Shown one piece after another: positions 33,885-50,841 of a stretch of DNA of 64,000 nucleotides (position 1 is its first letter; every line of letters begins with the position of its first letter). The notes below the pieces were generated by a model. The model saw only the letters and a program-made list of their open reading frames with translations. It did not search any database and was not told the DNA's origin. The translations under genes and the position numbers were made by a program. The DNA lies in contig CAVXFO010000008.1 in the NCBI GenBank assembly GCA_963761055.1, positions 1,470 through 65,469 on the forward strand. Reading direction: 5' to 3'. The stretch comes from an uncultured Actinomycetes bacterium (lineage in GTDB: Bacteria; Actinomycetota; Acidimicrobiia; IMCC26256; PALSA-610).

Positions 33885-34844
33885 TGCTCACGCCTCCCGT
33901 CAGGGCTCCGGTCAGATCACGTACGCGGGCCACGTCGTTGCGGACGCACCACGCGTCGATCTCGGCGACGATGCGCAACGTCGCTCGGGGCTCGAGGAAC
34001 GTCGCGGTGCCGACCCCGACCGCCGACGCACCCGCGAGGAGCATCTCGATCGCGTCCTCACCGGTGCTCACTCCCCCGGTCCCGATGATCGCGACGCCGG
34101 GGAATCGCGCGTGCCACCTCCCACACCGCGCGCAGCGCGATCGGCTTGATGGGCGGACCCGACACTCCGCCACCGCCCGCTCCGAGCCGCGGGGCCCGGG
34201 ACGCGGCGTCGATCACGAGACCCATCACCGTGTTGACCAACGTGAGACCGCTCGCGCCCGCGGCGAGTGCGGCGCCCGCGATCGCGACGAGATCGGTGAC
34301 ATTCGGCGACAGCTTCGCGAACACCGGTACCGCGCCACCCAGGGCGTCGACGACCGCGTGGGTCGCGGCGCGCGTGCGCCTCGGGGTCGTGCGCGAACAC
34401 GTGGGCACGCGCCTCGACGTTCGGGCACGACAGGTTGGCCTCGACCGCGACGATCCGGTCCGCGACTTCCTTCAGCGAACGCGCCGCGCGCTCGAAGTCG
34501 GCGACCGTGCGCCCCCAGATCGACGCAACGATGCGCGCGCCGCGCGCTTCGAGCGCGGGCAAGTCGTGTTCGATCCACGCGTCGATGCCGGGACCGGGCA
34601 GCCCGACGGAGTTGATCATCCCGCCACCGGGCGCCTCCGCGACGCGCAGCGCGGGATTGCCCTCCGACGCGAAGATGGCGACCGACTTCGTGGTGACCGC
34701 ACCGACGCCACGCGGATCGCACAGCGCCGCGAGCTCGTCGCCGTGCCCGAAGGTGCCCGACGCCGCGACCACTGGGTTCGGCAACCGCAACGCCCCGAGA
34801 TCGACCGTGAGGTCGGTCCCCGACGGAAGCGCCCGCCTGATCAC
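33877..34844 (-). CDS. pyrD: family 1 dihydroorotate dehydrogenase, frameshifted
   Basis: ASGTFG, NLSCPN, KLSPNVTD, GGVSG and IIGTGGV. Confidence 0.93.
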
Positions 34845-34865
34845 CGCGCCGGCCTCGCCCCGGGC

Positions 34866-38169
<3,304 letters not shown>

Positions 38170-38202
38170 TGTCGTCCTCGGAGCGGTATTGGTGACTCAT
38201 CC

Positions 38203-39297
38203 TCAGCTCGCCTTCATGAGTTGCAAGAACTCGTCGAACAGGTAGCGCGCGTCGTGCGGCCCCGGACCCGCTTCGGGGTGGTACTGCACCGAGAACGCGC
38301 GGAGATCGGCGCTGCGGACACCTTCGATGTCGCCGTCGTTCAGGTTCAGGTGCGTGACCTCGCTGCCGTCCGGGAGCGTCGCCGCATCGACCGCGTAGTT
38401 GTGGTTCTGGCTCGTGATCTCGACCCGGCCGGTCGGGAGGTGGCGCACCGGGTGGTTGCCGCCGTGGTGCCCGAAGCGGAGCTTGAACGTCTCCGCCCCG
38501 AGGGCGAGGCTCATCACCTGGTGGCCGAGGCAGATCCCGAACACCGGGACGTTGCCGAGGAGCGTGCGCACGCTGTCGCGGGCAGAGGCGACCGCGGCTG
38601 GATCGCCCGGGCCGTTCGACAAGAACACACCGTCGGGGGCACGCGCGAGCACCTCCGCGCCGCTCGTCCCCGCGGGAACCACCTCGACCTGACAGCCCGC
38701 GCCCACGAGCTGGTCGAGGATCGAACGCTTGATCCCGAAGTCGTACGCGACGACGAAGAGGGTCGCGTCTTCCGGACCAACGGTGTACGGCTCGGGGGTC
38801 GATACCGTCGACGCGAGGTCGCAACCGTCGGTGCCGCCGTCGGCCTGCGCAGCGGCCAGGAGCGTGTCGCGGTCGGCGATTCCGAACGCGCCGGGCATCG
38901 CGCCCGCGCGGCGGATGTGACGAGTGAGGCGTCGGGTGTCGATCCCCGCGATCCCGGAGATCCGGTTGCGGGCGAGGAACCCGTCGAGGGAGTCGGTCGC
39001 GCGCCAGTTCGACGGGCGACGGCCGAGGTCGCGCACGATGACCCCGCGGCATTGAGGAACGCGCGCCTCGTTGTCGCGCTCGTTCACGCCGTAGTTGCCG
39101 ATGTGCGGGTACGTGAACGTGATGATCTGGCCGGAGTAGGACGGATCGGTGAGGATCTCCTGGTAGCCGGCGAGCGACGTGTTGAAGACGACCTCGCCGG
39201 ACGCCACCCCGTCGCCCGGCACATGACCGACGGCAATGCCGTCGAACGTCTCGCCGTCGGCCAGCACCAACAACGCCTCGGTCGGTCCCGAGCTCAT
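38203..39297 (-). CDS. carA: carbamoyl-phosphate synthase small subunit
   Basis: [23 protein letters not shown] and [12 protein letters not shown]. Confidence 0.97.
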   Translation of the reverse strand: MSSGPTEALLVLADGETFDGIAVGHVPGDGVASGEVVFNTSLAGYQEILTDPSYSGQIITFTYPHIGNYGVNERDNEARVPQCRGVIVRDLGRRPSNWRATDSLDGFLARNRISGIAGIDTRRLTRHIRRAGAMPGAFGIADRDTLLAAAQADGGTDGCDLASTVSTPEPYTVGPEDATLFVVAYDFGIKRSILDQLVGAGCQVEVVPAGTSGAEVLARAPDGVFLSNGPGDPAAVASARDSVRTLLGNVPVFGICLGHQVMSLALGAETFKLRFGHHGGNHPVRHLPTGRVEITSQNHNYAVDAATLPDGSEVTHLNLNDGDIEGVRSADLRAFSVQYHPEAGPGPHDARYLFDEFLQLMKAS

Positions 39298-39313
39298 CGG
39301 ACGCCCCCCCACA

Positions 39314-39375
39314 TTGCAAACACATTGCAAGGATTCACTACGTAGATCGTCTCGATCCTTGCAAACTGTTTGGCG
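39314..39375. repeat. 62-bp palindromic interspersed element, copy C
   Basis: TTGCAAACACATTGCAAGGATT-N18-GATCCTTGCAAACTGTTTGGCG in the pyrC-carA junction. Confidence 0.9.
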
Positions 39376-39391
39376 CGATTCGGTCTCGTGA

Positions 39392-40742
39392 TCATCTGGT
39401 CGCCTCGTGGTCGCGGACTGTGGGGAAGCCGCGATAGACGGTGTGCCTGACCTTGCCGGTGAGGTTCCATCCGTCGAACGGCGAGTTGCGGGACTTGCTC
39501 GCGAGCCGGGAGCCGTCGACCGACCACGTGTACGCAGGATCGATGACGCAGAGATTCGCCTCGGCGCCGGCGACGATCGGGCCGCCCTGGCCGTCGGCGT
39601 CGAGACCGACGACGCGGGCCGGCTGCCACGACAGCGCCGCAAGTGCCCGCGCCAGCGTGATGATGCCCGGTTCGACGAGCGTCGTGAGCACGACGGCGAG
39701 CGCCGTCTCCACGCCGAGCATGCCGGGCGGGGCGTCTTCGAACGGGACGTCTTTGCTCTCCGCGGTGTGCGGTGCATGGTCGGTCGCGATCGCGTCGATG
39801 GTCCCGTCGAGCAGAGCCGCGCGGAGCGCGTCGACGTCGGCCTGCTCCCGCAGCGGAGGATTCATCTTGAACACCGGGTCGAAGTGCGAACACGACTCGT
39901 CGGTGAGCACGAGGTGCTGTGGCGTGCACTCCGCGGTGACACGCACGCCCGCCGCTTTCGCGTCCCGCACGAGCGCGGCCGACGCCGCGCACGACATGTG
40001 CAACACGTGGTAACGACCGCCGGTGCGGAGCGCGAGCTGCAGGTCGCGCGCGACGATCGTCGATTCGGCTTCCGCAGGCCGACCCGGGATCCCGAGCTTG
40101 GCCGACCAGGCGCCCTCGTGCATGTGTCCGCCGCGGACGAGAGCCGGGTCTTCGGCATGCTGGGCGAGGACCGCGCCGGGCAGGGCGGCCGCGTACTCGA
40201 ACGCGTGTCGCATCACGAGCGCGTCGGCGACGCAGTCGCCGTCGTCGGTGAACACGCGCACCCCGAGGTCGTAGAGCTCCCCGAGCGGTGCCAGCTCTTC
40301 GCCGCCGCGACCCTTTGTGATGCAACCGGCAGGGCGGACATCGCACAGCCCCACCGCGCGCGCCCGGTCGAGGACCGATTGGACTACCGCCGCGTCGTCG
40401 ATCGGCGGAACGGTATTGGGCATGCACACGACCGCGGTGCAACCGCCGAGCGCGGCGGCCCGCGAACCCGTCTCGATCGTCTCCGCGTCCTCGCGACCGG
40501 GCTCGCGGAAATGGACCTGGATGTCGACCAGCCCGGGCGCGACCACGCAGCCCTCGGCGTCGAGCACCGTGGCGCCCGCGGACGGCGCGAGCCCGGCCCC
40601 GACCTCCGCGATCACACCGTCGACGACCCGGACGTCGACCACGCCCCTCTCCCCGGACGCATCGACGACACGCCCACCCTGGACGAGAACCTCGAGGCCG
40701 GACGGCGCGTTACGAGACAACGAACTACCCGACAACGAACTA

Positions 40743-40750
<8 letters not shown>
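39392..40750 (-). CDS. pyrC: dihydroorotase
   Basis: [21 protein letters not shown] and [10 protein letters not shown] start after GGAGG. Confidence 0.95.
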
Positions 40751-42334
<1,584 letters not shown>

Positions 42335-42341
<7 letters not shown>

Positions 42342-44173
42342 CGGAGCGAGGTTAGCACCGCGTCCGCGTCGGCTCGCTCTGCTTCGGATGCGCCGTGCGC
42401 CGAATACAGGTCGCGGTCGAGCGTGTCCCCCAGCCCGGCGACGCGATCGTCGCCCAACTTCTCGGCCAAGGCCTGCGCGTACTGGCGCGGGGTCTCGGCC
42501 GGCGCGCGGGCGCGCCCGACCTTGCGTCCCGCGCGCTCGAGCCGGTGCAGCGCGTTCGCGCTCCACGATCTCCGCCGCTCCCGACGCCGGCGTACCGCCG
42601 CCATGATCTCGGGGGCCGCGGCTGCGATCAGCACGAGCAGCGCCGCGGCGACCGCGAGCGGCACCGCGTTGTGGCGGGCCGCCGACAACCAGGAGCCACC
42701 CGAGCCCGCGTCGCCGGCGAGCGGCACCGTCGCGGTCGGATCAAAACCCTGCCAACCGACCCCGGGGAAGTAGATCTCCGCCCACGCGTGGGCGTCTTTC
42801 TCCCGCACGACGAAGCGACCGGTCAGCGCGTCGCGCGCGCCCGGCGCGAACCCGGTGACGAGTCGGGCCGGAATGCCGACGCTGCGGGCGAGGACGACGA
42901 GGCTGCTCGCGATCTGCTCGCACCAACCGAGCCGGCTCTGGAACAAGAAGTCGTCGACAACGTCGCGGGAGTGAGAGACGGGCGCGAGCAGCGAGTACTT
43001 CGTGTTCGCGCCCATCCACGATTCGATGGCCTGGATCTTGTCGAAGGTGGTCGACTCGCCCGCGGTGATCGTCCGGGCCAGGGCAGTCACGCGGGCCGAG
43101 GTCGTGGGCGCGTGCGCGTACTGGGCGGCGATCTCGGGTGGGACGGCCGCGGCATCGGCGGCGCGTAGCGTCACCTCGGTCACAGGCAGCCGGCGGCTGT
43201 AGACCGTGTAGACGGCACCCTTGCCGAACCCCGGGCCCGACTCGGGCGCGACCCGGATCGTGCCGTCGGGCCGTTCGCTCAAGAGCTTGTCGGTTTCGAC
43301 GACCCTCGGGCTCGGCGCCGCGAAGACGACCTCGGAGAAGCCGGCTTCGACGTGGAACGTCTGGCGGAACTCGCTGCCGCTCTCGGCGCCGATGTCGTAG
43401 CGCGCGGCCGGAACCTGCACCGTCGTGCCGTCCTGGTGGGGCAAGAAGTTACGCGAGTCGCCCGCGCGGGTGTTCGTCCACGCCGAGCCGCCGTAGTCGT
43501 CGAAGGTCTCACCCCGCCAGAAGTCGGCGTGGGCGGCGTCGACCGTGAACACGACTGCGTTCGAGAGCCGAGGCCGCGTGGTCAGGTCGAGTTGTCGGTT
43601 CGATTGCAGCGACGACGGCGACCCCTCGATGTTGGCGTCACTCGGCTGCTGCCCCGGCCAGACGTGACGGCCGAGTCGCTCCGTGACCGTCGGGACGAGC
43701 ACGACCGCTGCGACCACGACGACCACGGCGACGACCGACGCGACGCGAGCGGTCTCGGGCAGGCGCCGCGCGAGCGGCATCCCACCGTCGAGCGCGGGAA
43801 CCATCTCGGCGTCGGCCCGATCGACGAGGACGAGGGTGAGCATCGTCGCCGACGCCCACACCACGAGGATCCAGCTGCGGTCCGTGCCCGCGAACGACGC
43901 GTGGCGCAGCGCGGCCAGACCGCCGAGGCCGAGGAGCACGACGGTCGCACGCCGGGTCGGGACCGACGGCAGCGCGAGCACACCGAGTACGGCCGCCAGC
44001 GCCCCGGCGACGACTCCGACGATCCACGGGTAGTCCGCACGCTCGGCCGCGATCCCGCCGACCGACCCGAGCGCGATCGCGGCGGGCACGGCGACGATCC
44101 GGTAGGCAGACGCGACCCGGCGGGGCCCGGCCTCGGAGGAACGCTCGGTGCCCGGGGGTGTCGGCGGGCTCAC
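42335..44173 (-). CDS. membrane transglutaminase-like protein (TgpA/DUF3488 type)
   Basis: N-terminal TM segments; putative triad GWCEQIA, AHAWAEIY and FDPT. Confidence 0.88.
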
Positions 44174-45237
44174 GCGTGCACCACCTCCGACGGCCACTGC
44201 TCGGGCGGCTCCGGGGGCGGCCCCGCGGTGGCCCGGGCGAGGCGGCGTCCGAGTGCCCGCGCGTCGCCGACGAGGCCCCCGACCGGCTCGTTGTCCTCGA
44301 ACGTGCCGCACCAGACGACGCCACCTGCGGCGAGGGTCGCGGCGCCGATTCCCGCGGCCCGGCTCGCGGCGGCTTCGGGCGTGGGCCCCCGCAGATCGAC
44401 GACGAGCGCGATACCGAGGGCCGCGGGCGGCTCGTGTTCGCGCACCACGATCTCCCCGCGCCGAGCGCTCGTGGGCCAGTGCACCAAGCGGGCCGGGTCG
44501 CCGGGCGCGTACGGGCGCACGGCGCGCACCGTGTCGCCGCCGCCCCGCACGACGAGCGGGGAACCACCCGAGACGCGTTCGTCGGGGATCGGTCGCAGCA
44601 CCGCGGGGGCGACGCCGGGTCGGGGCGCGACCAGGATCGGCGCCGGCAGCCTCACCCGGATGCTGCGCGTACGCACGAACACGCCGAGCGGCGCCGAAGT
44701 GCGCAGTTGGATCCGCACAGTCCGGAACACGCCCCGGCGGCTCGCGGTGTGCGGGAGCCGGCCCTCGGCGGGAGCCGCGGTTCGCCACCACGTGCCGGCC
44801 GGGTCGAGGGCCCGGAGGTCGAGCCGGGCCGCGCGGCCGGAGACGACGATCCGCAACTCCAGTGCGTCCCCCACCGTCGCGTCGGTCGGCGCGACGAGCG
44901 TGACCGCCAGACGCGAGACCGCCCATATCGGCCATGCGATACCGATGACGAACAACGTGAAGGCGAAGATGCCCACCGCGACGACCGCTTGTTGTCCGGT
45001 CGCGGCCCCGGCCGCCACGCCGTAGGCGCCGAGGGTGAACAGCACGATCGACGTCAAGGTGAGGTCGCCCGGTCCCTGGTGCGCGGGTCCGGCACCCCGC
45101 AGTGCCACGCCGGGTCCTCGACCCCTCGTCGCGGCGGTCTCCGGCCGAACTCCCGCCCGGTGCTCTCTCGCGGATCCGTCGGCGCGCACCCACTCCCGCG
45201 CGTCGGCGCCGGCCCGGTCAGCTGTGCGGCGCGGCAA
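44170..45237 (-). CDS. DUF58 protein (start uncertain)
   Basis: VRPYAPGDPARLVHWPTSARRG motif; between MoxR and the transglutaminase. Confidence 0.85.
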   Translation of the reverse strand: MPRRTADRAGADAREWVRADGSAREHRAGVRPETAATRGRGPGVALRGAGPAHQGPGDLTLTSIVLFTLGAYGVAAGAATGQQAVVAVGIFAFTLFVIGIAWPIWAVSRLAVTLVAPTDATVGDALELRIVVSGRAARLDLRALDPAGTWWRTAAPAEGRLPHTASRRGVFRTVRIQLRTSAPLGVFVRTRSIRVRLPAPILVAPRPGVAPAVLRPIPDERVSGGSPLVVRGGGDTVRAVRPYAPGDPARLVHWPTSARRGEIVVREHEPPAALGIALVVDLRGPTPEAAASRAAGIGAATLAAGGVVWCGTFEDNEPVGGLVGDARALGRRLARATAGPPPEPPEQWPSEVVHA

Positions 45238-46180
45238 CGCGTTCGACGATCTCGGTGATCACCCGTCCGCCGGCCGCGATGTCGACGCCCGCCGCGAGCA
45301 CGATGCGATGAGCGAGCGAAGCTGCGGCCACGGCCTTCACGTCGTCGGGAGAGACGAAATCGCGGCCCGTGACGGTCGCGTGCGCCTGCGCGGCGCGCAA
45401 CAGGCTGAGACTCGCGCGCGGCGACGCGCCCAGGGCGACGCCGGGATGGTTCCGGGTCCCGTCGGCGACGTCGAGCACGTAGTCGAGGACGGAGTGTGCA
45501 CAGTGGACGCGGCGCACCGCGGCCATCGCGGTGGCAAGCTCGGTCGGTGAGGTGACAGGCACGATGTCGTCGAGTGCGTCGACACCACCACCACCGCTCA
45601 GGATCTCCCGTTCGGCTTCGCGCCCGGGACGCCCGATCGTGCACACCATCGCAAAGCGGTCGAGCTGGCTGTCGGGAAGGGGAAACGTGCCTGCGTGGCC
45701 GAAGGGGTTCTCGGTCGCCACCAAGAAGAACGGGACGGGCAGCGGGTGGGTCTCGCCGTCGACCGTGACCTGATGTTCCTCCATCGGCTCGAGCAACGCG
45801 GCCTGCGTGCGCGGCGACGCCCGGTTGACCTCGTCGACGAGGAGCACGTTCGCGAACACGGGACCCGCCCTGAACTCCCAGGCGCCCGTGGCCGGGCTGT
45901 ACACCGATGTCCCGGTGACGTCGGCCGGGAGCAGATCGGGAGTGCACTGGACCCGACCGAAGCGGCCGCCGATCGCATTCGCGACCGACTTCGCGAGGAG
46001 CGTCTTGCCGGTGCCGGGCACGCCCTCGACGAGCAGGTGGCCGCCGGCGAACAGCGCCACGACGGCGAGGCCGACCACGTCGTCGGCGCCACGCATCGAT
46101 CGCGATACCGCGTGGAACACGTCGACGGCCACGGTTCGCGGGTCGCGCGGCTCGTCGAGAGCCGTCGTCGGCAGCTGCAT
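45218..46180 (-). CDS. MoxR-family AAA+ ATPase
   Basis: EGVPGTGKT, QCTPDLLPAD, DEVNRASPRTQAALLE and ATENP. Confidence 0.95.
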   Translation of the reverse strand: MQLPTTALDEPRDPRTVAVDVFHAVSRSMRGADDVVGLAVVALFAGGHLLVEGVPGTGKTLLAKSVANAIGGRFGRVQCTPDLLPADVTGTSVYSPATGAWEFRAGPVFANVLLVDEVNRASPRTQAALLEPMEEHQVTVDGETHPLPVPFFLVATENPFGHAGTFPLPDSQLDRFAMVCTIGRPGREAEREILSGGGGVDALDDIVPVTSPTELATAMAAVRRVHCAHSVLDYVLDVADGTRNHPGVALGASPRASLSLLRAAQAHATVTGRDFVSPDDVKAVAAASLAHRIVLAAGVDIAAGGRVITEIVERVAAPHS

Positions 46181-46274
46181 ATCGCTGCCAAGGGTAGGCC
46201 ACGGAGCGGGCCTCCCCGGACGGGCCCGCGGTTCCCTCGGCTCGCCCGGGGGGCTCGCTCGTCCGCACGGGAAC

Positions 46275-46865
46275 TCAGGTGGCAGATTCTCCGGGATTGT
46301 CGGTATTGGTGGGGCCCGGCGGGCGATCGTCTCCCGGCCCATCGTCGTCGCCGGCTTCGCCGATCTCGTCGAGGAGCAACGAGACCATCTCGAAGTGCAG
46401 CTGGGTCAGCCACGCGTAGAGCACTCCGTACTCGAAGCGCGGGTCGCCGGGTTCGTAGTCGGTGTCGCCTTCCTCGGTGACACCCAGCGCCGTCCCGACG
46501 ACCAAGCGAGCGTCGTTGACCGCGGTCAGCCACTGCAGCTCCTGGTCGGCGCGCAACTCGATCTCGACGACACCGCGACTATTCGGAACCGCACCGTCGA
46601 GACCATCCACGATCACGCCGAACGCACCACGCCGCGCCGCGACCAGGTCGTCGTGGACGAGCGCGTCGTACTCGCCCTGAGCTTTCTCCTCGGTCGGGTC
46701 GAGGTACGCGCGCGGGTACAGACGGTCACGCACCTCGCCGTCGGGCGGCGCAGCAACGATCTCCATCATGTCGCGCGCCGTCATCTCGAGCAGCTCGACC
46801 TCCTGGGTGTACAGCGTGACCCGGAGGACCCCGCGTCTCGTCCGCTTGAACGTACGCCGCGCCAT
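46275..46865 (-). CDS. DUF2017-family protein
   Basis: RLYPRAY and WLTAVNDARLVVGT; clpS neighbour as in actinobacteria. Confidence 0.8.
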   Translation of the reverse strand: MARRTFKRTRRGVLRVTLYTQEVELLEMTARDMMEIVAAPPDGEVRDRLYPRAYLDPTEEKAQGEYDALVHDDLVAARRGAFGVIVDGLDGAVPNSRGVVEIELRADQELQWLTAVNDARLVVGTALGVTEEGDTDYEPGDPRFEYGVLYAWLTQLHFEMVSLLLDEIGEAGDDDGPGDDRPPGPTNTDNPGESAT

Positions 46866-47177
46866 TCAGTCGTCCTTTTGCATCGTGGCCCAGAGACCGT
46901 ACGCGTGGAGACGGGAGACGTCGGTCTCGCACTTCTCGCGCGAGCCGTTGGCGACGACTGCCTTGCCCTCGAAGTGCACCTGGTTCGTCAATCGGTTGGC
47001 CTTCTCGCGCGAGAAACCGAAGAGCTTCTGGAAGACGAAGATGACGTACGCGAACGTGTTCACCGGGTCGTTCCAGACGAGCACGACCCAGGGCGTGTCC
47101 GGACGCGGGTCGTCGGAGCCGAGCAGCTCCTCGACCGTGTCCGGGATCACGATCTCTTGGATGTCGGGCGCGCTCAT
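46866..47177 (-). CDS. clpS: Clp protease adaptor
   Basis: [18 protein letters not shown] and LHAYGLWAT. Confidence 0.95.
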   Translation of the reverse strand: MSAPDIQEIVIPDTVEELLGSDDPRPDTPWVVLVWNDPVNTFAYVIFVFQKLFGFSREKANRLTNQVHFEGKAVVANGSREKCETDVSRLHAYGLWATMQKDD

Positions 47178-47587
47178 CCCTCGACCGGGTCGACGGCCTC
47201 GGGGCGGACGTCTTCGGCGATCCGAGCGAGCAACCCGTTGACGAAGCGGCCCGAGTCCTTCGTGGAGTACTGCTTGGCGAGCTCGACAGCTTCGGTGATG
47301 ATCGCGCCGGTCGGCGTCTCCGCCACCCACGCCAGCTCGAAGGTGCCGAGCCGCAGCAGCGCGCGGTCGACGACGGGCATGCGCTCGAGCGACCAGTGCT
47401 CAGAGAACTTGCGGATGAGCGCATCGATCTCGTCGCGGTGCTCGTCGGCGCCCAGCACGATCCGGCACGCATACTCGTCGGGCTCGACGGGTTGCTCGGC
47501 GAGCAGCGCGACCGCGCTCACCCCGCGCAACTCGCCCTCGTAGGCGAGACCCAGTGCCCGTTCCCGCGCTGCGCGGCGCGTCGCCAC
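47174..47587 (-). CDS. nusB: transcription antitermination factor
   Basis: [27 protein letters not shown] and FVNGLL. Confidence 0.95.
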   Translation of the reverse strand: MATRRAARERALGLAYEGELRGVSAVALLAEQPVEPDEYACRIVLGADEHRDEIDALIRKFSEHWSLERMPVVDRALLRLGTFELAWVAETPTGAIITEAVELAKQYSTKDSGRFVNGLLARIAEDVRPEAVDPVEG

Positions 47588-47607
47588 CCGAGTCTCCCCT
47601 CTCCCCG

Positions 47608-48168
47608 CTAGGTACGCGACAGGTATTCGCCGGAGCGCGTGTCGACCTTGACGAGGTCGCCCACGTTCACGAACAGCGGCACCTGCACGACAAACCCCGT
47701 CTCGAGTGTCGCCGCCTTCCGCGCGCCCGAGACGCGGTCGCCCTGCATCCCCGGCTCGGTCTCGGTGACGGTCAACTCGACCGACGCCGGGAGGTCGACG
47801 CCGATCACCTCGTCGTCGTAGGTGGGCAGCACCGCGGTTTCGCCCTCCTTCAGGTAGTTCGACGCGTTGCCGACGCTCGCCGCGGAGACCTGGAGCTGGT
47901 CGTAGGTCTCGTTGTCCATGAAGACGTAGTCGGTGCCGTCGCGGTAGAGGAACTGCATCTCGCGCTTGTCGATGGTCGCGGTCTTGACCTTCTCGTCGGC
48001 GCGGAAGGTGCGGTCGAGCACCGCGCCGTTGCGCACGTTCTTCAGCTTGGTGCGCACGAAGGCGCCACCCTTACCCGGCTTCACGTGTTGGAACTCGACG
48101 ACGGTCACCAGACCTTCGGGAAGGTCGAGCGCCATGCCGTTCTTCAGATCGTTGGTGGAGATGCTCAC
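47608..48168 (-). CDS. efp: elongation factor P
   Basis: [20 protein letters not shown] and VDTRSGEY. Confidence 0.97.
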   Translation of the reverse strand: MSISTNDLKNGMALDLPEGLVTVVEFQHVKPGKGGAFVRTKLKNVRNGAVLDRTFRADEKVKTATIDKREMQFLYRDGTDYVFMDNETYDQLQVSAASVGNASNYLKEGETAVLPTYDDEVIGVDLPASVELTVTETEPGMQGDRVSGARKAATLETGFVVQVPLFVNVGDLVKVDTRSGEYLSRT

Positions 48169-49284
48169 AGGACAAGTTCCTTGTGGGTCAGGGTGAGGGC
48201 CTCGGAGCCGTTCGCGCCGACGACGAGCGTGTCCTCGATCCGCACACCGCCGACGCCGGGAAGGTAGACGCCGGGCTCGACGGTGACGACGTCGTTGAGG
48301 AGCAACGTATCACTGCCCGTAGTGGCCACTCGCGGGGCCTCGTGGATCTCGAGACCGACGCCGTGGCCGGTCGAATGCGAGAACGCGTCGGCCCAGCCCG
48401 CGGCCGCGATCACGTCGCGCGACGCCCGGTCGACTTCTGAACAGGCAACATCGACCGACACCGCGGCCCGACCCGTGGCCTGGCTCTCCAGCACCACGTC
48501 GTACAGGTGGCGGGCGTCCGGGCCGGGGTCGCCGACGGAGACGGTACGGGTCATGTCGGAGCAGTAGCCCTCGACGATGCAGCCGAAGTCGCAGACGACC
48601 AACTCGTTGCGTTCGATGACGCGCTCTCCGGGCACCGCGTGCGGCTTCGAACCGTTCGGGCCGGAGCGCGATGATCGGATCGAAGCTGTTCCCGCTCGCG
48701 CCACGCTCTCGCATCGCGAACTCCAGCGCCACCGCGAAGTCGCGCTCGGTGGGATGCTCGCTCAACCTGGGCAGCAGACTCTGGAACGCGTCGTCGGCGA
48801 TCGCGCACGCGCGGCGGATGCGATCGATCTCGCCGGCGTCCTTCACTCGGCGCAACCCTTCGACGAGCTCGCCCGCGGGTACGAGGTCGACGCCCGTGAA
48901 CGCCTGGGCGTATTCGAGCTGTTGCGCCCACGTGACCGCGTGCTCCTCGAGCCCGAGCCGCGACCCGGCGTCGACCGAGCGAGCAAGGATCTCGCGCTGG
49001 ATCGCACCGGTGGCGCCGATCTCGATGTCGGCACATGCACCCGCCGCGTCGAGCTCCTCGTGCGCACGCTGCGTGTAGCGCCCGTCGGTGACGAAGCGGG
49101 CGCCGTCCCGGGTGACGAGCAGCACGCCGGCCGAACCGGTGAACCCGGACAGGTAACGGACATTGGCGAGCTTCGAGACGAGCAGCGCATCGACGCCCGC
49201 GCCCGCGATCAACTCCTGCAGCCGACCGAGGCGCGCGCCCACTTCGAGCGGGACGAGGGGTGCGGTCGAGAGCGCGGTGGTCAT
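48165..49284 (-). CDS. pepQ: M24 Xaa-Pro peptidase, frameshifted near 48665
   Basis: [35 protein letters not shown] and RIED. Confidence 0.92.
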
Positions 49285-49754
49285 GCTTGATCCTCCAACC
49301 GGCGAACGTCCAGGAGCCGAGCTTCCAAGAGAGTGGCCGCCGCATCGACGGCCAGGCGGTAACCCGCGGCGCGAAAGCCGGTGATCGAACCGTCGACGAC
49401 GGGGGCGATGACCGAATGGCGCCGCCACTCCTCACGGGCGTACGGGTTCGACAGGTGCAACTCGACCTTGACGCCGTCGAAGGTGGCGAGCGCATCGGTC
49501 AGCGCGTACGCGTAGTGCGAGAACGCGCCGGGATTGAACACGATCGCGGCACAGCGGCCGCGCGCGCCTTGGATCGCGTCGACCAGCGCACCTTCGTGGT
49601 TCGACTGCAGGTGCTCGATCTCGTGACCGCGCTTCGCCGCGGTCTCGGTCGCGAGCGCGACGAGCTCGGCGAGTGTCGTCGTGCCGTACTGCGCGGGATC
49701 GCGCTCGCCCAGCAGGTTCAGGTTCGGGCCCGAGAGCAACAGGATCGTGGCCAT
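49281..49754 (-). CDS. aroQ: type II 3-dehydroquinate dehydratase
   Basis: GPNLNLLGER, QSNHEG, NPGAFSH and ELHLSN. Confidence 0.95.
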   Translation of the reverse strand: MATILLLSGPNLNLLGERDPAQYGTTTLAELVALATETAAKRGHEIEHLQSNHEGALVDAIQGARGRCAAIVFNPGAFSHYAYALTDALATFDGVKVELHLSNPYAREEWRRHSVIAPVVDGSITGFRAAGYRLAVDAAATLLEARLLDVRRLEDQA

Positions 49755-49770
49755 GCGTTCTCTTCTACCC

Positions 49771-50841
49771 CTATCCCTCGACGCCCACGGACGCGAGCGC
49801 CTTGCGCACCGCGGCCGGATCGGGCCTGTCGACCCGTTCGATGCCGCGGGGCCCCGCGAGCACGAATGTGAGCCCTCCACCCGACTTCTTGTCGCGGGCC
49901 ATGATGGGCATCAGCTCGTCGGCGCGCATGCCGGGCGGCGCGTGCGTCGGTAGGCCGAGACCGGCGACGAGCTGCTCGTGGAACGCGACCCGGTCCGGGT
50001 CGATCCGTTCCAGCGTGCCCGCGAGCTGGGCCGCGAACACGAGGCCGATGGCGACGGCCTCACCGTGCAACAGCGCGTGACCCGACGCGGTCTCGAGTGC
50101 GTGCGCCAGCGTGTGGCCGTAGTTCAGCACGGCGCGCGTCCCGGTGGTCTCGAGCTCGTCGGCGCTCACGTAGTCGGCCTTGATCTGCGCGCTGCGGGCG
50201 ATGACGTCGGCCAGCACCGTGGGATCGCGAGCGAGGAGAGCCCCGGCTCGCTCCGACACGAAGTCGTCACCCATCAACGCGTACTTCGCGATCTCACCGA
50301 GTCCGCAGCGATACTCGCGGTCGGACAAGGTCGCGAGCGAATTCGGGTCGGCGAGCACCACGAGCGGTTGGTGGAATGCGCCGACGAGGTTCTTCCCCTC
50401 GGGGAGGTTCACGCCCGTCTTGCCGCCGATCGCGGAGTCGACCATCGCGAGCAGCGTGGTCGGCACCTGAACGACGTCGACACCTCGGTAGTAGACCGAC
50501 GCCGCGAAGCCGGCGGTGTCTCCGACCACTCCCCCGCCCAGCGCCACCACCGCGTCGTTGCGCAGGAGTCCCCACTTCGCGAACCGACGGCAGAGGTCGT
50601 CGACGGTCGCAAGGTTCTTGTGGGCCTCGCCTTCACCCATGAAAAAGGTCTCCGACGTGACGGCCGCGCGGTCGAGCGCGGCGAGGACGTCGTCGACGAG
50701 CGTCGCCGGGATGTTCGTCTGGGTGACGACCGCGACCCGGCGCCGGTCGGCGAGCACCGCGCCCAGTTCTTCGACGGCCCCGGCCCCGGCCACGATGTCG
50801 TAGCCACGTGCCGCGAGCTCGACATGCACGCGCGCGGTCAC
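49771..50841 (-). CDS. aroB: 3-dehydroquinate synthase
   Basis: GGGVVGD, PTTLLAMVDSAIGGKTG and LNYGHTLAHALE. Confidence 0.97.
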   Translation of the reverse strand: MTARVHVELAARGYDIVAGAGAVEELGAVLADRRRVAVVTQTNIPATLVDDVLAALDRAAVTSETFFMGEGEAHKNLATVDDLCRRFAKWGLLRNDAVVALGGGVVGDTAGFAASVYYRGVDVVQVPTTLLAMVDSAIGGKTGVNLPEGKNLVGAFHQPLVVLADPNSLATLSDREYRCGLGEIAKYALMGDDFVSERAGALLARDPTVLADVIARSAQIKADYVSADELETTGTRAVLNYGHTLAHALETASGHALLHGEAVAIGLVFAAQLAGTLERIDPDRVAFHEQLVAGLGLPTHAPPGMRADELMPIMARDKKSGGGLTFVLAGPRGIERVDRPDPAAVRKALASVGVEG

